The notes: generated from the letters alone by a model not told the origin. A stretch of DNA of 64,000 bases from Candidatus Bathyarchaeota archaeon (GCA_963772765.1 CAVYYP010000013.1:186059-250058), one strand, 5' to 3'; positions 31,131 to 42,227 are shown, counted from the first letter of the stretch. Translations and numbers: made by a program.

Positions 31131-32189
31131 TCAAAGAAACCATACAGAAGCTAGTCAACAGCGCTGACCTGACCTACGAAGAGGCTACCACAGCAATGAA
31201 AGAAATAATGTCTGGCAAAACAACAAACGCGCAGATAGGCGCATTCTTGACTTCCCTAAGAATAAAGGGTGAAACAGCCCAAGAAATAACCGCCTTCACG
31301 TCAGTTATGAAAGAATACTGCAACAAAATCCAACCAACCGTGGACGGGAAGACTTGTTGACACCTGCGGAACAGGAGGAGACAAAATTAAAACATTCAAT
31401 ATCAGCACTGCAGCCGCTTTTGTTGTTGCTGGAGCAGATGTCGCAGTGGCTAAGCATGGAAACAGGTCAGTTACAAGCAAGTGTGGCAGCGCCGATGTTC
31501 TAGAAAGACTGGGACTCAATCTTAGCATGGAACCTAAAGAAGTGGAAGAGGCGATTGAGAAAGTCGGGATTGGATTCATGTTTGCTCCTGCTTTTCATCC
31601 AGCAATGAAGCACGCTATTGGTCCCCGAAGAGAACTGGGAATCAGAACAGTATTCAACGTTCTTGGTCCACTAACAAATCCTGCGGATGCCAGCGCACAA
31701 TTGCTAGGAGTTTACGATCCAAAACTTACAGAGCCTTTAGCTGATTCTCTGAAAAGCTTAGGCTGTGAAGAGGCAATGGTTGTCCACGGCTTAGATGGAT
31801 TGGACGAAATTTCTACAATTGGAAAGACGCGTATCTCGTGGTTAAAGGACAGCGAAGTTACAACAAGGGAAATGGCTCCAAAAGATTTTGGCATAAAACC
31901 AGCCACTTTAGAGGATATCAAGGGAACTGCGCCAGAAGAAAGCGCCGAACTTACATTCAAAATGCTGTATGGAGGCATCTTTGCGGATGATCCTAGAAGG
32001 GAGATTGTGCAGGTCAACGGGGCTGCTGCTATTATTGTAGCTGGAAAGGCGGACGATTTTGGCTACGCAATTGAAACTGCAAAAGAAGCTATAGAAAGCG
32101 GTGGTGCGTACAGGAAACTCAAGGAATTGGTCAAATTCTCTAGCGTAGACCTTTCAATGCTTGAACAGTTGGAAACAAAACATGCCTGA
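31127..32189 (+). CDS. trpD: Anthranilate phosphoribosyltransferase (+1 frameshift near 31349)
   Basis: N-terminal ORF joins LVDTCGTGGD...NISTA...KHGNRSV in the next frame. Confidence 0.92.
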
Positions 32190-32962
32190 TTATATTGACA
32201 CATTAGCAAAAGATGCAAAAGAAACAATTTCTTCGGGTTACTATGAAGTTTCAGCAAAACACACATGTCAACATGTTAGTCTCAGAAAGGCAATAATCGA
32301 AAGCCGTCAGAATGCGATAATAACAGAAGTCAAAGTTGCGTCACCATCCCGAGGAACAATCAAAACAAGTATTGATCCATCTGATGTTGCAAAAGCCATG
32401 GAAAATGGTGGAGCAACTGGAATATCTGTTCTCACAGAGCCAAAGCACTTTAGCGGCTCTCTTGGCTATCTTGAAAAAGTTCGTGAAGCGGTAAAGCTTC
32501 CGATTCTTATGAAGGACATAATTATTGACCCAATACAGATCGAGGCGGCATCAAGAATCGGAGCCAATGTTATACTCTTAATAGGAGCCCTTTTCGACCG
32601 TAAGATACTGTGAGCTTTCCTTAGAAGAGATGATCGAACAGGCACACATGAAACATCTTGAGGTGCTACTCGAAACTCACAGTGAAGAAGAATTTAAACA
32701 CACTATAGAAACTGATGCTGATTTGGTTGGAATCAACAATCGTGACTTGCGAACATTAAAAGTTGATCTTGGAATAACAGAGACAATTCTGAAAAACCAG
32801 ACCCAAAAAGGGAAAGTTGTTGTTAGCGAAAGCGGAATAATGGCTCCAAAAGACGTTTTGTTTCTTCGTAGTTGTGGCGCTCAAGCTTTTTTAATTGGCT
32901 CATCAATCATGATGGCTGACAGCATTGAACAAAAGGTTAAGGAGTTTGTTACTGCACATTGA
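32182..32962 (+). CDS. trpC: Indole-3-glycerol phosphate synthase (+1 frameshift near 32601)
   Basis: EVKVASPS, SVLTEP, GINNRDL and SESG motifs split across two ORFs. Confidence 0.92.
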
Positions 32963-33624
32963 GAAGCGTCAGAGTGAAGGTTTGTGGCTTAACCAGAGAT
33001 GAGGATTTGGCTGTTGCCGTGGATGCAGGGACAGATGCTGTTGGATTCATTTTGGGTATTCCGTCTTCGCCTAGAAACTTGACTTTAGAAAAGGCTGAAA
33101 GGCTAGTCAGTAAAGTGCCAGTTTTTGTTGACAGCGTCATAGTTACAGCTCCCAAGAGCTTTGAGTGGCTAATCAAAGTTGTCCAGAGAGTGAAGCCTTC
33201 AGCAATCCAGATTCATGGAAAAGAACAATTGGACTTTGCAGAAATTCGTGGAAAACTTGGGAACACTCGACTGATTAAAACAGTCTACGTTGCAGAGGCA
33301 CTGGACAAAGAGGAATTAGAAGAGCTGAAAGGTTTTGATGCAATATTGTTGGATTCTTTCAGCAAGGGACAGTATGGTGGAACAGGAAAAATCCACGATT
33401 GGGGATTGAGTGCAAAAATCAGGGAAGCTGTTAAACCTGTTCAAGTAATCTTGGCAGGGGGACTTAAACCCGAGAATGTCAAAGAAGCAATTCTTAAAGT
33501 TCAGCCATATGCCGTGGATGTTGCCAGCGGCGTTGAACAAGAACCAGGAATTAAAGACCATGAAAAAGTCAGGGCTTTCGTTGAAAATGCAAAACAAATC
33601 AAACTAAAAACAACTGAAAGGTGA
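32959..33624 (+). CDS. trpF: Phosphoribosylanthranilate isomerase
   Basis: VKVCGL, GGTG, LAGGL and VDVASGVE motifs. Confidence 0.94.
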   Translation: MRSVRVKVCGLTRDEDLAVAVDAGTDAVGFILGIPSSPRNLTLEKAERLVSKVPVFVDSVIVTAPKSFEWLIKVVQRVKPSAIQIHGKEQLDFAEIRGKLGNTRLIKTVYVAEALDKEELEELKGFDAILLDSFSKGQYGGTGKIHDWGLSAKIREAVKPVQVILAGGLKPENVKEAILKVQPYAVDVASGVEQEPGIKDHEKVRAFVENAKQIKLKTTER

Positions 33625-33630
33625 TAGAAA

Positions 33631-34803
33631 GTGAACAATGGAAAATTTGGAGAATATGGCGGACAATACGTCAACGAGATACTGATGCCAATTCTGATAG
33701 AGCTAGAAGAGGCATTCGAGAAGCATTATCCTACACCTGAGTTCCAAGAGAAACTCAACGGGCTGCTTAAGGACTATGCTGGAAGACCAACATCCATATA
33801 TTATGCAAAAAACTTTAGCGACCTAGTCGGCTGCAAAGTTTACCTCAAAAGAGAAGACCTAGTTTGCGGAGGCTCACACAAGCTCAACAACTCTCTGGGA
33901 CAGGCACTTCTGACAAAAGAGATGGGCAAAAAAAGGATGATAACAGAAACTGCAGCAGGACAGCACGGGCTCGCAACAGCAATGGCAGGAAACATCTGCG
34001 GACTAGAAACAGAAGTCTTCATGGGAGTAAAGGATATCAAAAGACAAGCAAGCAACGTCAAACGCATCAAACTACTAGGAGCAAAAGTAACCCCCGTTGA
34101 CATAGGAAAAGGAGTTCTAAAAGACGCAGTGTCCGACACTCTCAGAAAATGGACAACATGCTCACAAACAACCCATTACCTGATGGGCTCAACAGTAGGA
34201 CCTCACCCATATCCAGAAATTGTTGCAACATTCCAGAGCGTAATAGGAAAAGAAATCAAAAAACAGATACTTGAAAAAGAAGAAAGATTACCAGACACAA
34301 TAGTGGCATGCGGAAGCGGAGGAAGCAACGCCCTAGGAGCATTCCGACAATTCATAAACGAAAAAGACGTCAAACTTGTTTTTGTTGAAGGCGGAGGCGA
34401 AAGCCTAGAAGCCGACAACAGCGCAGCTGCCTTCAAAATAGGCAACCCCGGAATCCTGCATGGCGCAGTAATGCAGCTGTTACAGGACGAGAATGGCCAA
34501 ATAAAGCCTTCAAAAACACGAGCCGCTGGACTCAATTATCCTGGAAGAGGACCAGAAATATCAAGCCTAGTAAACAGTGGAAGAGTGAAGGCAGGATGTG
34601 CCTTTGACAACGAAGTTTTTGAGGCAGTAAAAGTGATGAGCCGAACCGAGGGATTGATACCAGCACTCGAAACAGCCCATGCAATCGCGTATATGGTGAA
34701 TCACAAAGAAGAATTTGATAAAGATGAACTCGTGGTTCTAAACTTCTCTGGAAGAGGCGACAAGGATCTAGAAACAATAATGAGGTATTTCCATGAATCT
34801 TGA
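33631..34803 (+). CDS. trpB: Tryptophan synthase beta chain (TrpB1 type)
   Basis: KREDL..GSHKLNN, GPHPYP and SGRGDKD motifs. Confidence 0.95.
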   Translation: MNNGKFGEYGGQYVNEILMPILIELEEAFEKHYPTPEFQEKLNGLLKDYAGRPTSIYYAKNFSDLVGCKVYLKREDLVCGGSHKLNNSLGQALLTKEMGKKRMITETAAGQHGLATAMAGNICGLETEVFMGVKDIKRQASNVKRIKLLGAKVTPVDIGKGVLKDAVSDTLRKWTTCSQTTHYLMGSTVGPHPYPEIVATFQSVIGKEIKKQILEKEERLPDTIVACGSGGSNALGAFRQFINEKDVKLVFVEGGGESLEADNSAAAFKIGNPGILHGAVMQLLQDENGQIKPSKTRAAGLNYPGRGPEISSLVNSGRVKAGCAFDNEVFEAVKVMSRTEGLIPALETAHAIAYMVNHKEEFDKDELVVLNFSGRGDKDLETIMRYFHES

Positions 34804-35614
34804 AGACAAATTCGAAGAACTACAAAACAAACAAGAGGGCGTTCACATGCCCCACATCTACTATGGCGACCCCAACGAAGAGTTTTCCCAAAAGCTACTA
34901 GAGATACTTGTGGAAAATGGCGCAGACATTCTTGAGTTTGGGATACCCTTCTCTGACCCAACAGCGGATGGACCTACATTTCAAGCAGTATGCGAAAGGG
35001 CACTAGAGAACGGAATGACACCAAACCGATGCATTGAGGGCATAAAGAAGCTAAGATCAAAGGGAATAGACAATCCGATTGTAGTTACCACATACTATAA
35101 CATCCCCTATGTTATGGGTGTAGGAAATTTTCTGAAAAAAATCAAGGATACTGGCGCCCAAGCAGTGATTGTGCCTAATGTTCCAGTTGAAGAGGCTAGC
35201 GTTTTGATATCTGAAGGAAAAAAGACTGGAATACACCCGATATTCCAGATAGCCCCTACAACAACAGAAAAGAGATTAAAGAAAATCACGGATATCGCAT
35301 CAGGATTTCTTTATGTTATTGGCGTTGAGGGAGTTACTGGAGTAAGAGAGAGCCTTACTGATTCTACCCTGAAACTTGTTGAGCGTGTAAGGAAACACAC
35401 GGACATGCCGCTGCTTGCAGGATTTGGCATATCAACAAGACAACAAGCCTCAAATGTGGTTGCGGCAGGAGCAGATGGAGCAATAGCTGGAAGCGTATAC
35501 GCCAGAGTCTACGAGAAGAATTTAGCAAATCCTGAAAAAACATTGCCACAAATCGTTAATGTAGTTAATCAGATTAAAAAGGGATGCATCGAAGGCTATA
35601 AGCAGCGAAAATAA
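34793..35614 (+). CDS. trpA: Tryptophan synthase alpha chain
   Basis: EFGIPFSDPTADGP, GVTG and GFGI motifs. Confidence 0.95.
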   Translation: MNLEDKFEELQNKQEGVHMPHIYYGDPNEEFSQKLLEILVENGADILEFGIPFSDPTADGPTFQAVCERALENGMTPNRCIEGIKKLRSKGIDNPIVVTTYYNIPYVMGVGNFLKKIKDTGAQAVIVPNVPVEEASVLISEGKKTGIHPIFQIAPTTTEKRLKKITDIASGFLYVIGVEGVTGVRESLTDSTLKLVERVRKHTDMPLLAGFGISTRQQASNVVAAGADGAIAGSVYARVYEKNLANPEKTLPQIVNVVNQIKKGCIEGYKQRK

Positions 35615-35660
35615 ACTAAAGTCACACCAATCTCAATATTCAAAGTGAGGTACACGGACA

Positions 35661-35948
35661 ATGCAAATTAGCGAATTTCAAAAAATGATGCACCAACTCT
35701 ATTTTTCAAGAGACTCTGAACGAGGAAAAGACAAAACGTTAGATTGGCTTCAGGACGAAGTAGAAGAACTAAAGGAAGCTCTCAACGAAGGCGATAAAGA
35801 AGCGGCTGGAAAAGAGTTTGCTGACGTTTTGGCGTGGCTGGCCTCTTTAGCAAATGTAGTGAACATTGATTTAGAAAAGGCATCATTATCAAAATATCCG
35901 AACAAATGCCCAAAATGTAAACAGAATCCCTGCAACTGCCCATTCTAA
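35661..35948 (+). CDS. MazG-like nucleotide pyrophosphohydrolase with C-terminal Cys cluster
   Basis: EVEEL...EFADVLAWL motif; CPKC...CNC. Confidence 0.88.
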   Translation: MQISEFQKMMHQLYFSRDSERGKDKTLDWLQDEVEELKEALNEGDKEAAGKEFADVLAWLASLANVVNIDLEKASLSKYPNKCPKCKQNPCNCPF

Positions 35949-35955
35949 CTAATGT

Positions 35956-36219
35956 TCAGGTCAAAGTTTGTTGTCCAAGACCTGTTAATTCCCAAACATA
36001 TTACCTGCTACCCCTATGACGCAGAATGTTTTCGACTTCAAGAAGATGCAAATGATAAAGAACCGATGAATAACTCAAGCCCACTTCTTTGGAAATCTTT
36101 CTTGCAGTAGACATCCTAGCTTCGAGAACAGAAAGAATTGTTGTTCTAGCCACCAGACTAGGCAAAATGTTATGTTTCAATTTCAAGAAAGCGTTGGGAT
36201 GATGGGGTAACTGGAACAT
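35956..36219 (-). pseudogene. ArsR-like winged-helix protein interrupted by an in-frame TAA (36001-36003)
   Basis: HTH SARKISKEVGLSYSSVLYHLHLLE; frame continues after the stop as YVWELTGLGQQTLT*, a typical wing strand. Confidence 0.6.
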
Positions 36220-36269
36220 AAGCTCTCAAACCATGTTAGCTTTTAGAGCAAAAAAGATTTGCACAAAAA

Positions 36270-39200
36270 TTATGAAAACGATGTTAGACTAACCTGTCGA
36301 GGTTTCTTGCCCTCAAACAAAGTCAAGATTTCCTCATCTACCATACTGAGCCTCTGTGCATAATATTCCAGCAAACCATATTTCTTAACAAGTTCAGTTG
36401 CTGCCAGTAAGTACTTTTCTATTCCGCCACGGTACACCGTAAGAATCAGATCACTGTTACATGAGGGACACTTTCCCAGAAGAGGCATCCTCCTGAACTT
36501 TTTGTTACAGCCCTTACAGCGAAACTTTTGGGTACAAAAAGCCCTTAGATTTCCAGCGATGTCACGAATAAAATGAGTGTTCAAAACCTTCAAAGCCACC
36601 ACATCAACGTCTACAGCAGCAATTTTTTCTGCTAAAGCTAGTTGGCTTTGCAGCTTATCGGTCATTTTGCCAAACTTTTTGTAAACACTCTCATCATTGC
36701 CCATGTTCACATTAGAAACAGGGACAGTATATTTATAGCCCTCAAACTGTGCCGGAGTGTTCAACCGGTCTTCAATTGTGTCAATTATAGTGCTTATTTC
36801 TCGGGGTTCTGCCTGCTCCAAAGTCTTCTGATAAAAGGATAAAGGATACTTTCCTGCAACATCAACTTCGTGAGCTTGCCTTTGTACTTCCAGCGGATTT
36901 ACAATAGGGATAATCAAGATGGGAGCATCCATGATTCCACCTATGTGTGAAGGCAAAAACACTTTGGAGAAATTCAAGATTGTATCCAAGGCTAGCATCA
37001 CTGCATCTTCGTCACCGTCGCAGTCTCTACGTTTTGCTGAATGCCACATAGGATGCGCATAACAAACTTTCAAAGGAGTAAAACCAATAATTCTGCCAAC
37101 AATACCAACTGAGGTGTGCGGCGCCAAACCGATTATAAGGCGGCCAACCAGTTGGCTTGGTTTTTCTATATTATAATACGGAGGAAGATCGTATACCTTC
37201 TCGAGCAGTTCATCAAGAAATTTGGCCACACGAACAAAATATGTCGCACAGTTTCGAGGAATAATGATATCCTGAATTTTTAGCTCACAAATCTGGTCAG
37301 GACTAGTTAGAGTCTTTCCTTCATAATCATGGAGATATCCATTGGTTTTGAGCTGTTCAACGGAAACATTAATCTCTTTAGCAGTAAAGTGTGTTATAGG
37401 AGCGTTCGTAGCATCAAAACGAATTGTTCCATCTTTGAAGACAGACAAATTATGTTTTACCCGCAAAAGTCCTTTTTCTAGGAGTTCAGGCGTTTTTGTT
37501 TCGTTTGTCATACCCTTTACGCCTTTCACGAGACTAAACATTGGAAGCCCCAAATTTTTACTAGCCGAAGAAAGCAAATCACGCACGCTAACCTCTTGTC
37601 TAGAATAGCTCCGTGTTGAACAATTACATGCAGGACATTCATCAATATCGAATACTCTGCCACAATGAGGACAAACCTTTTCCAGAACAGTATCAGTTCC
37701 ACATTTTGGACATTTTAGCGTGAATGTAGTTTCATTGCATTTCAAACATCGACGGTTTACAAGATCAACTTCAATCACAACCTTTTTTGCTGCTTCAACA
37801 AGATTACGCCTCGAACCGCCAGCAAGACCAATAGGAAAAAGAGTGTGAACAAGAGGCTTCATCTCTCTGTGCTTAGCCTTTTCAGGGCGTCCCATTCGGG
37901 CGCCAACAAAACTTACACCTTTTTCGCGAACCTTAATTCCTGTAAACTCTTTGATAGCATCCATAACAGTTTCTGAGGAGCCTATTTGCGTTTCAGGAGA
38001 GTTTAATCCTAGACAAAAAGCAAAGATGTGTGCCTGATCACCAACAATTTGTAGGTTATTTAATATGACATCGTGGGGAATACAGAGTTTTTCAAGAAAA
38101 CCTTTCACAATTTTATCGTTAACCCCAACAATCTCTTGAACGGAATTATCAACAATCTTTGTTTCAGAAGATAATAACCATTTTCTTAGAACCAAAAAAT
38201 CCTCTAAAGAAAGAGTTTCCCAGAAAAAAGTATAGAAAGGATGAAGGGGCACCCCCAAAATTGACGATATAGTGATTACCTCCTTGGGAGTAGGTCTATT
38301 ATTAAAAACGTCAGCTAATAAATTCTCAACAGATTGGCTGGAAAAACCTAAGCTATCTGCAGCTTTCTTTAAATCGCCACCAAATTTCTGTTCAATAGCA
38401 GCAACAAGCTCTTCACGCCACCACTCCTCAGAGTAGCCTGATGGACGAAGAGTCTTATTGGTATAAAGAAAGTCACCAAAGCCTATGAGAATATCTCCCA
38501 GAAACAGTATTTTGTCAATCGATTTTTCTATTGATTTATAGTTCTCGAGAGTAACACGCACAACGGAGCCATTTTTCAGCCGTACCACAGGAGGCTCTAT
38601 ACTATCAACGGGAACAACAATTCCACCTTTTCCAGGACCCTCTAAACGAAGCTGAGTCCCAGCAGCAAGAAAGTTTTGAACAACAAACATCGTCACCGGA
38701 TGAATCCCAACCGCCGCAAGACCAGTATTCCTAGACCGACCATAACGAAGCCTAAAACCTCCATTCCGAGAAGGAAACGAAAAGATCGGTCGACCAGCAA
38801 TAACATCAGCCATAAATCCAGATTTCTTCTTCTTCGAAAACTCTTTTAGTTTTCCAAGCCATTCCCAGCCATCAATCCCAAGCTTCTCAATAGTTGTAAC
38901 TACTTTTGCAGCTCGTCCTACAATTCCATCATTTACTACTCTGAGGGCGCCTCCTCGAACATTATTGGTTTCAATTCGAGGCAGATTCCTATAAGACGAA
39001 ACCTCCACTGGATCAGACTCTGTGCCAGTAACCTCCACAGGAATCTGGGGAAGAGCTTTTCGTAACTCTTCATCAGAAATATGATACTGAAAGCGCGCTA
39101 TAGTCCGCTCAAATAGCCGAATTTCTTCGATAAATCGACCGATCTCATCTTCGGTTGGCTTATATCGGTCCAGATTAAGGAGACGCCGAATATGATCCCC

Positions 39201-39680
39201 AACAATTATTGTTAATGCCTGTTCGGTACCCCCCGCTGAACGTATTGGTCCAGCATAATAAATCGCCAAATAATTTGTTCGATCATTATTAGCCTTGATT
39301 TCCACACGGGCAATACCCTGTATAGGAGCGGCTGTTATTCCTTCAGTTAATATTGCCAACGCAGTTCTCATCGCTTGCTCTGCTGCCTCACGATCATCCA
39401 TAGCACCAAAGGAGCCATCAATTATTTGCTCAGTAATTCTGAAGGCAATAGCCTCTCGGGAAACATGTTTCTCGGCTAAATCACGAATACTTTTAGCAAC
39501 CCCGGATGGTCCCACTAAGCATTCCACTAGCTCAGCTAAATCCTTTGCAACTTCAGGTTCAGGAAAAAGAGCAGGATCCAGCCCTTTTTTTCGGGCTTCT
39601 CTAACAATAGAATATGTGTTCGCAAGAGTTTTTTCCAAGCCATCAGTGTACTGTTTGTACTCGTCGCTCATCGGGATCAT
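36270..39680 (-). CDS. polC: DNA polymerase D large subunit DP2
   Basis: AGPIRSAGGT, RMGRPEK and the catalytic RRDCDGDED motif; zinc fingers; no intein evident. Confidence 0.97.
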   Translation of the reverse strand: MIPMSDEYKQYTDGLEKTLANTYSIVREARKKGLDPALFPEPEVAKDLAELVECLVGPSGVAKSIRDLAEKHVSREAIAFRITEQIIDGSFGAMDDREAAEQAMRTALAILTEGITAAPIQGIARVEIKANNDRTNYLAIYYAGPIRSAGGTEQALTIIVGDHIRRLLNLDRYKPTEDEIGRFIEEIRLFERTIARFQYHISDEELRKALPQIPVEVTGTESDPVEVSSYRNLPRIETNNVRGGALRVVNDGIVGRAAKVVTTIEKLGIDGWEWLGKLKEFSKKKKSGFMADVIAGRPIFSFPSRNGGFRLRYGRSRNTGLAAVGIHPVTMFVVQNFLAAGTQLRLEGPGKGGIVVPVDSIEPPVVRLKNGSVVRVTLENYKSIEKSIDKILFLGDILIGFGDFLYTNKTLRPSGYSEEWWREELVAAIEQKFGGDLKKAADSLGFSSQSVENLLADVFNNRPTPKEVITISSILGVPLHPFYTFFWETLSLEDFLVLRKWLLSSETKIVDNSVQEIVGVNDKIVKGFLEKLCIPHDVILNNLQIVGDQAHIFAFCLGLNSPETQIGSSETVMDAIKEFTGIKVREKGVSFVGARMGRPEKAKHREMKPLVHTLFPIGLAGGSRRNLVEAAKKVVIEVDLVNRRCLKCNETTFTLKCPKCGTDTVLEKVCPHCGRVFDIDECPACNCSTRSYSRQEVSVRDLLSSASKNLGLPMFSLVKGVKGMTNETKTPELLEKGLLRVKHNLSVFKDGTIRFDATNAPITHFTAKEINVSVEQLKTNGYLHDYEGKTLTSPDQICELKIQDIIIPRNCATYFVRVAKFLDELLEKVYDLPPYYNIEKPSQLVGRLIIGLAPHTSVGIVGRIIGFTPLKVCYAHPMWHSAKRRDCDGDEDAVMLALDTILNFSKVFLPSHIGGIMDAPILIIPIVNPLEVQRQAHEVDVAGKYPLSFYQKTLEQAEPREISTIIDTIEDRLNTPAQFEGYKYTVPVSNVNMGNDESVYKKFGKMTDKLQSQLALAEKIAAVDVDVVALKVLNTHFIRDIAGNLRAFCTQKFRCKGCNKKFRRMPLLGKCPSCNSDLILTVYRGGIEKYLLAATELVKKYGLLEYYAQRLSMVDEEILTLFEGKKPRQVSLTSFS

Positions 39681-39788
39681 CAAATTCTGCCTCCTCACAT
39701 AAGTCATATAACCCGAGGTATTGAGCTTTTCTAAAAAAGAGAGTTCTCGAAAAATAATTGAGATAAGGTTCGGTCAAAAGGTCGTTTG

Positions 39789-40538
39789 TTATTTTTGGAT
39801 TTTCATGTTATTTACTAGTTCGGTTATCTTGCTTTTTCCTTTGCTTTCTTCTAGAACATTACCAGTAACAATTATACTGGCACCAGCTTTCACGACACGT
39901 TTCACCTGTTCACCAGTCCGTATTCCACCACCCACAATTAGAGGGACGTCAGTTACAGCTTTAACTGCACGCACCATATCTGCAGGCACAGGGTTTCCAA
40001 CTCCAGAACCAGCCTCTAGATAGACAAATCTCATACCGAAGTATTGGGCCGCCAAAGCATGTGCAGTAGCAAGCTCAGGTTTACTATAAGGAATAGGGGC
40101 AGCCTTTCCCACAACACTAACCGTGCCGCCGTCTCCGACTGTGATATATCCTAGAGGAATAGGCTCTAAACCAAATTTTTGGATAATAGGAGCCCCTAGG
40201 ATTTGAGCGCCTACAAGAAAATAGGGGTCTGTAGAGTTTAGAAGGGACATGAACCAGATAGCGTCAGCATATCTAGTTATTCCAGTGACATTATTAGGAA
40301 AAAGAATTATGGGAATTTCCACAGAATCTTTCAAAGCCTTTGTAACATCATCCAGATGTGAAGGCGAATCAGATGTTGAGCCTCCCACCATAATAGCAGC
40401 AGTATTGCAGGACTCGGAATCTCTAGCAATATGAGAAGCAGACTCTGGAGTGACCTTTTCTGGGTCAATAAGGGTCATATGAATGGTTCCTTCTTCCCTA
40501 ATTTTCTCTAGAAGATATTTTTCTACGCAACCAACCAT
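39789..40538 (-). CDS. Geranylgeranylglyceryl phosphate synthase
   Basis: LIDPEK, VGGS, YLEAGSG and VGGGIR motifs. Confidence 0.93.
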   Translation of the reverse strand: MVGCVEKYLLEKIREEGTIHMTLIDPEKVTPESASHIARDSESCNTAAIMVGGSTSDSPSHLDDVTKALKDSVEIPIILFPNNVTGITRYADAIWFMSLLNSTDPYFLVGAQILGAPIIQKFGLEPIPLGYITVGDGGTVSVVGKAAPIPYSKPELATAHALAAQYFGMRFVYLEAGSGVGNPVPADMVRAVKAVTDVPLIVGGGIRTGEQVKRVVKAGASIIVTGNVLEESKGKSKITELVNNMKIQK

Positions 40539-40551
40539 CTTGATCACTTAA

Positions 40552-40791
40552 CTAAGCTGCTAATCTTGAATAAAAAAGGTCTGTAAACTGGCAGTATATG
40601 TCAATCTCTCTAAAAGCAGGTCTAGTATCCAATTCTTCTGTTAATTCACAGCTACCACAACGAACCTTAGCACGTTCACCGCCAGGATATATCTCGACAT
40701 TGATTGCTTGTTTGCCGCATCGAGGACAAAGATATACAGTAGGCAACTTCTTTTTAGGCATATGAACGACTTTTCTTCTCCTTCTGCCCAT
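40552..40791 (-). CDS. elf1: Transcription elongation factor Elf1
   Basis: MGRRRRK...LPTVYLCPRC...CGSC...IDIYCQFTD. Confidence 0.9.
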   Translation of the reverse strand: MGRRRRKVVHMPKKKLPTVYLCPRCGKQAINVEIYPGGERAKVRCGSCELTEELDTRPAFREIDIYCQFTDLFYSRLAA

Positions 40792-41213
40792 TTTAAAGCC
40801 CCAGTAGCATTGAATCAGTTTAATCCAAGAATAAGATCTTGTTTGGAAAATGTAATTCAACATTAGCTTAAATATTTGTCCTAAAAACACAGAATAAAGC
40901 AACAAAAGAAAGAGAAAAATTGAACAAAAAGACAAAATCAAGAAATAAAAAATGGGAATAGTGAGGACCTTAAAAATATATTATGAAAATGAATCATATT
41001 TATGAAAAAATTAGATAATGGTAATTTTATTAAAAATAGTTATTAATTTATGCAGAGACATAATCTTGGAGAAATTAGTTGCTCATATGATTGTATCAAA
41101 AAATTCATGCAATAAACTTTCAGGTCAGTTTAAACTAAAGGCTGTAGAATGTGCAAAATCTTTAGATGTGCAGCTACAAAGAAAAATGTCTCGATCCACC
41201 CAAGGAGCATTAA

Positions 41214-41463
41214 GTGATCTATAATCTGTGATATCATAAGTATCACAAAAAATAAACATCCTCAAAATATATTACGGCATAAAAGCTCAAAAAAAGCTCT
41301 AAACATAAAAACAGCCCAAAAACGACTTATTACTGAGTGGTGATATTACGTGACGTCACACGTGATTCTGTGATAATCACACGTGATATTGTACCTCTGC
41401 TTTAGAAATCACAATTATCACATCTCAACAGTTATAGAAAGGAGGGAAACAAAGGTGCATCAC
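41214..41463. repeat. Array 1 of GTGAT/ATCAC half-sites and GTGAYRTCAC palindromes
   Basis: About 12 half-sites in 250 bp, e.g. GTGATATTAC-GTGACGTCAC-AC-GTGATTCT-GTGATAATCAC-AC-GTGATATT at 41340-41390. Confidence 0.85.
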
Positions 41464-41750
41464 TAACAAGTAAGACTTGAAGTGAAATAACGACTGTAGT
41501 GAGAGGGAAAAAATTTCAGAAAGTGTACAAAACAAAAGCCAAAAAAACACATGTTGTTTATTGGCGCATCATATATTACAATCAACTGTATCATAGTGGT
41601 AAAAGATAAAGTATATTGTAAAAATATTATCATTGATTGTGTATATCAACTATTTTCTATAATAGTTTTGCATGATCTAAAATAATGTTTTTATGGGTGA
41701 GCATGGTATACAAAAATGTATCCTTTGGAGAAGGGGTTGAAAAGCAAAAC

Positions 41751-42227
41751 TTGAAAACCAAGGAAAAAGCCCAAAATTGGCTAAATTACTCTTTAAGTGA
41801 CCCGCTAGTAAAAATACTCTCAAAAAATAGCAATCTAACAAAAATACAGCTAGAAACGTTATTAATTGATGTTTTAGCTGAAAACATGTTCGAAAGGGGC
41901 TTAAAATACGACGAAAAAGCCAGATTACGAATTTTAGCCGTAAGTAGGGGCGCATTTAACAGGACTTTAAGACAGGCCAGACATAATGTAACACAGTCAA
42001 TTTACACAATTTTGTTACTTGGATATCTAGGAATTCTTGAAGAAATCAGCCTAGAACCATATCTAGAGGCTGCAAACAAGCTTAAAAAATACGTAGACAC
42101 CCAAAGAGAATCGGTCAAAAAGAAACCAAAAGAAGAACACATCAGAATGGTAGCACAACTCCACGAAGAACTCAAAAACAGCCTAGAAGAAATTTCTAAC
42201 CCACGAAGAATGTCAAAAAGACCGTGA
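41751..42227 (+). CDS. Tfx-like / sigma70-region-4-like HTH DNA-binding protein (putative)
   Basis: SNLTKIQLETL...YDEKA...VSRGAFNRTLRQARHNV resembles the Tfx N-terminal HTH (S.LT..Q..VL...EEIA...SRANVS..EKRAR.NI); TTG start after GGGGTTGA. Confidence 0.6.
   Translation: MKTKEKAQNWLNYSLSDPLVKILSKNSNLTKIQLETLLIDVLAENMFERGLKYDEKARLRILAVSRGAFNRTLRQARHNVTQSIYTILLLGYLGILEEISLEPYLEAANKLKKYVDTQRESVKKKPKEEHIRMVAQLHEELKNSLEEISNPRRMSKRP

Noticed and set aside
31127-32962. Programmed frameshifting or pseudogenisation in trpD/trpC
   Set aside because: No slippery heptamer or stimulatory structure is evident, and the same error type occurs in unrelated genes such as nob1.
36270-39680. Intein in DP2
   Set aside because: Length (~1135 aa) is normal and the catalytic RRDCDGDED region is uninterrupted.
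41018-41224. 68-aa plus-strand ORF upstream of array 1
   Set aside because: AT-rich, with no motif or SD; cannot be supported as coding.
41445-41457. GGAAACAAAGGTG resembling the right half of an ORB
   Set aside because: Lacks the TCCA left half and a full G-string; isolated.
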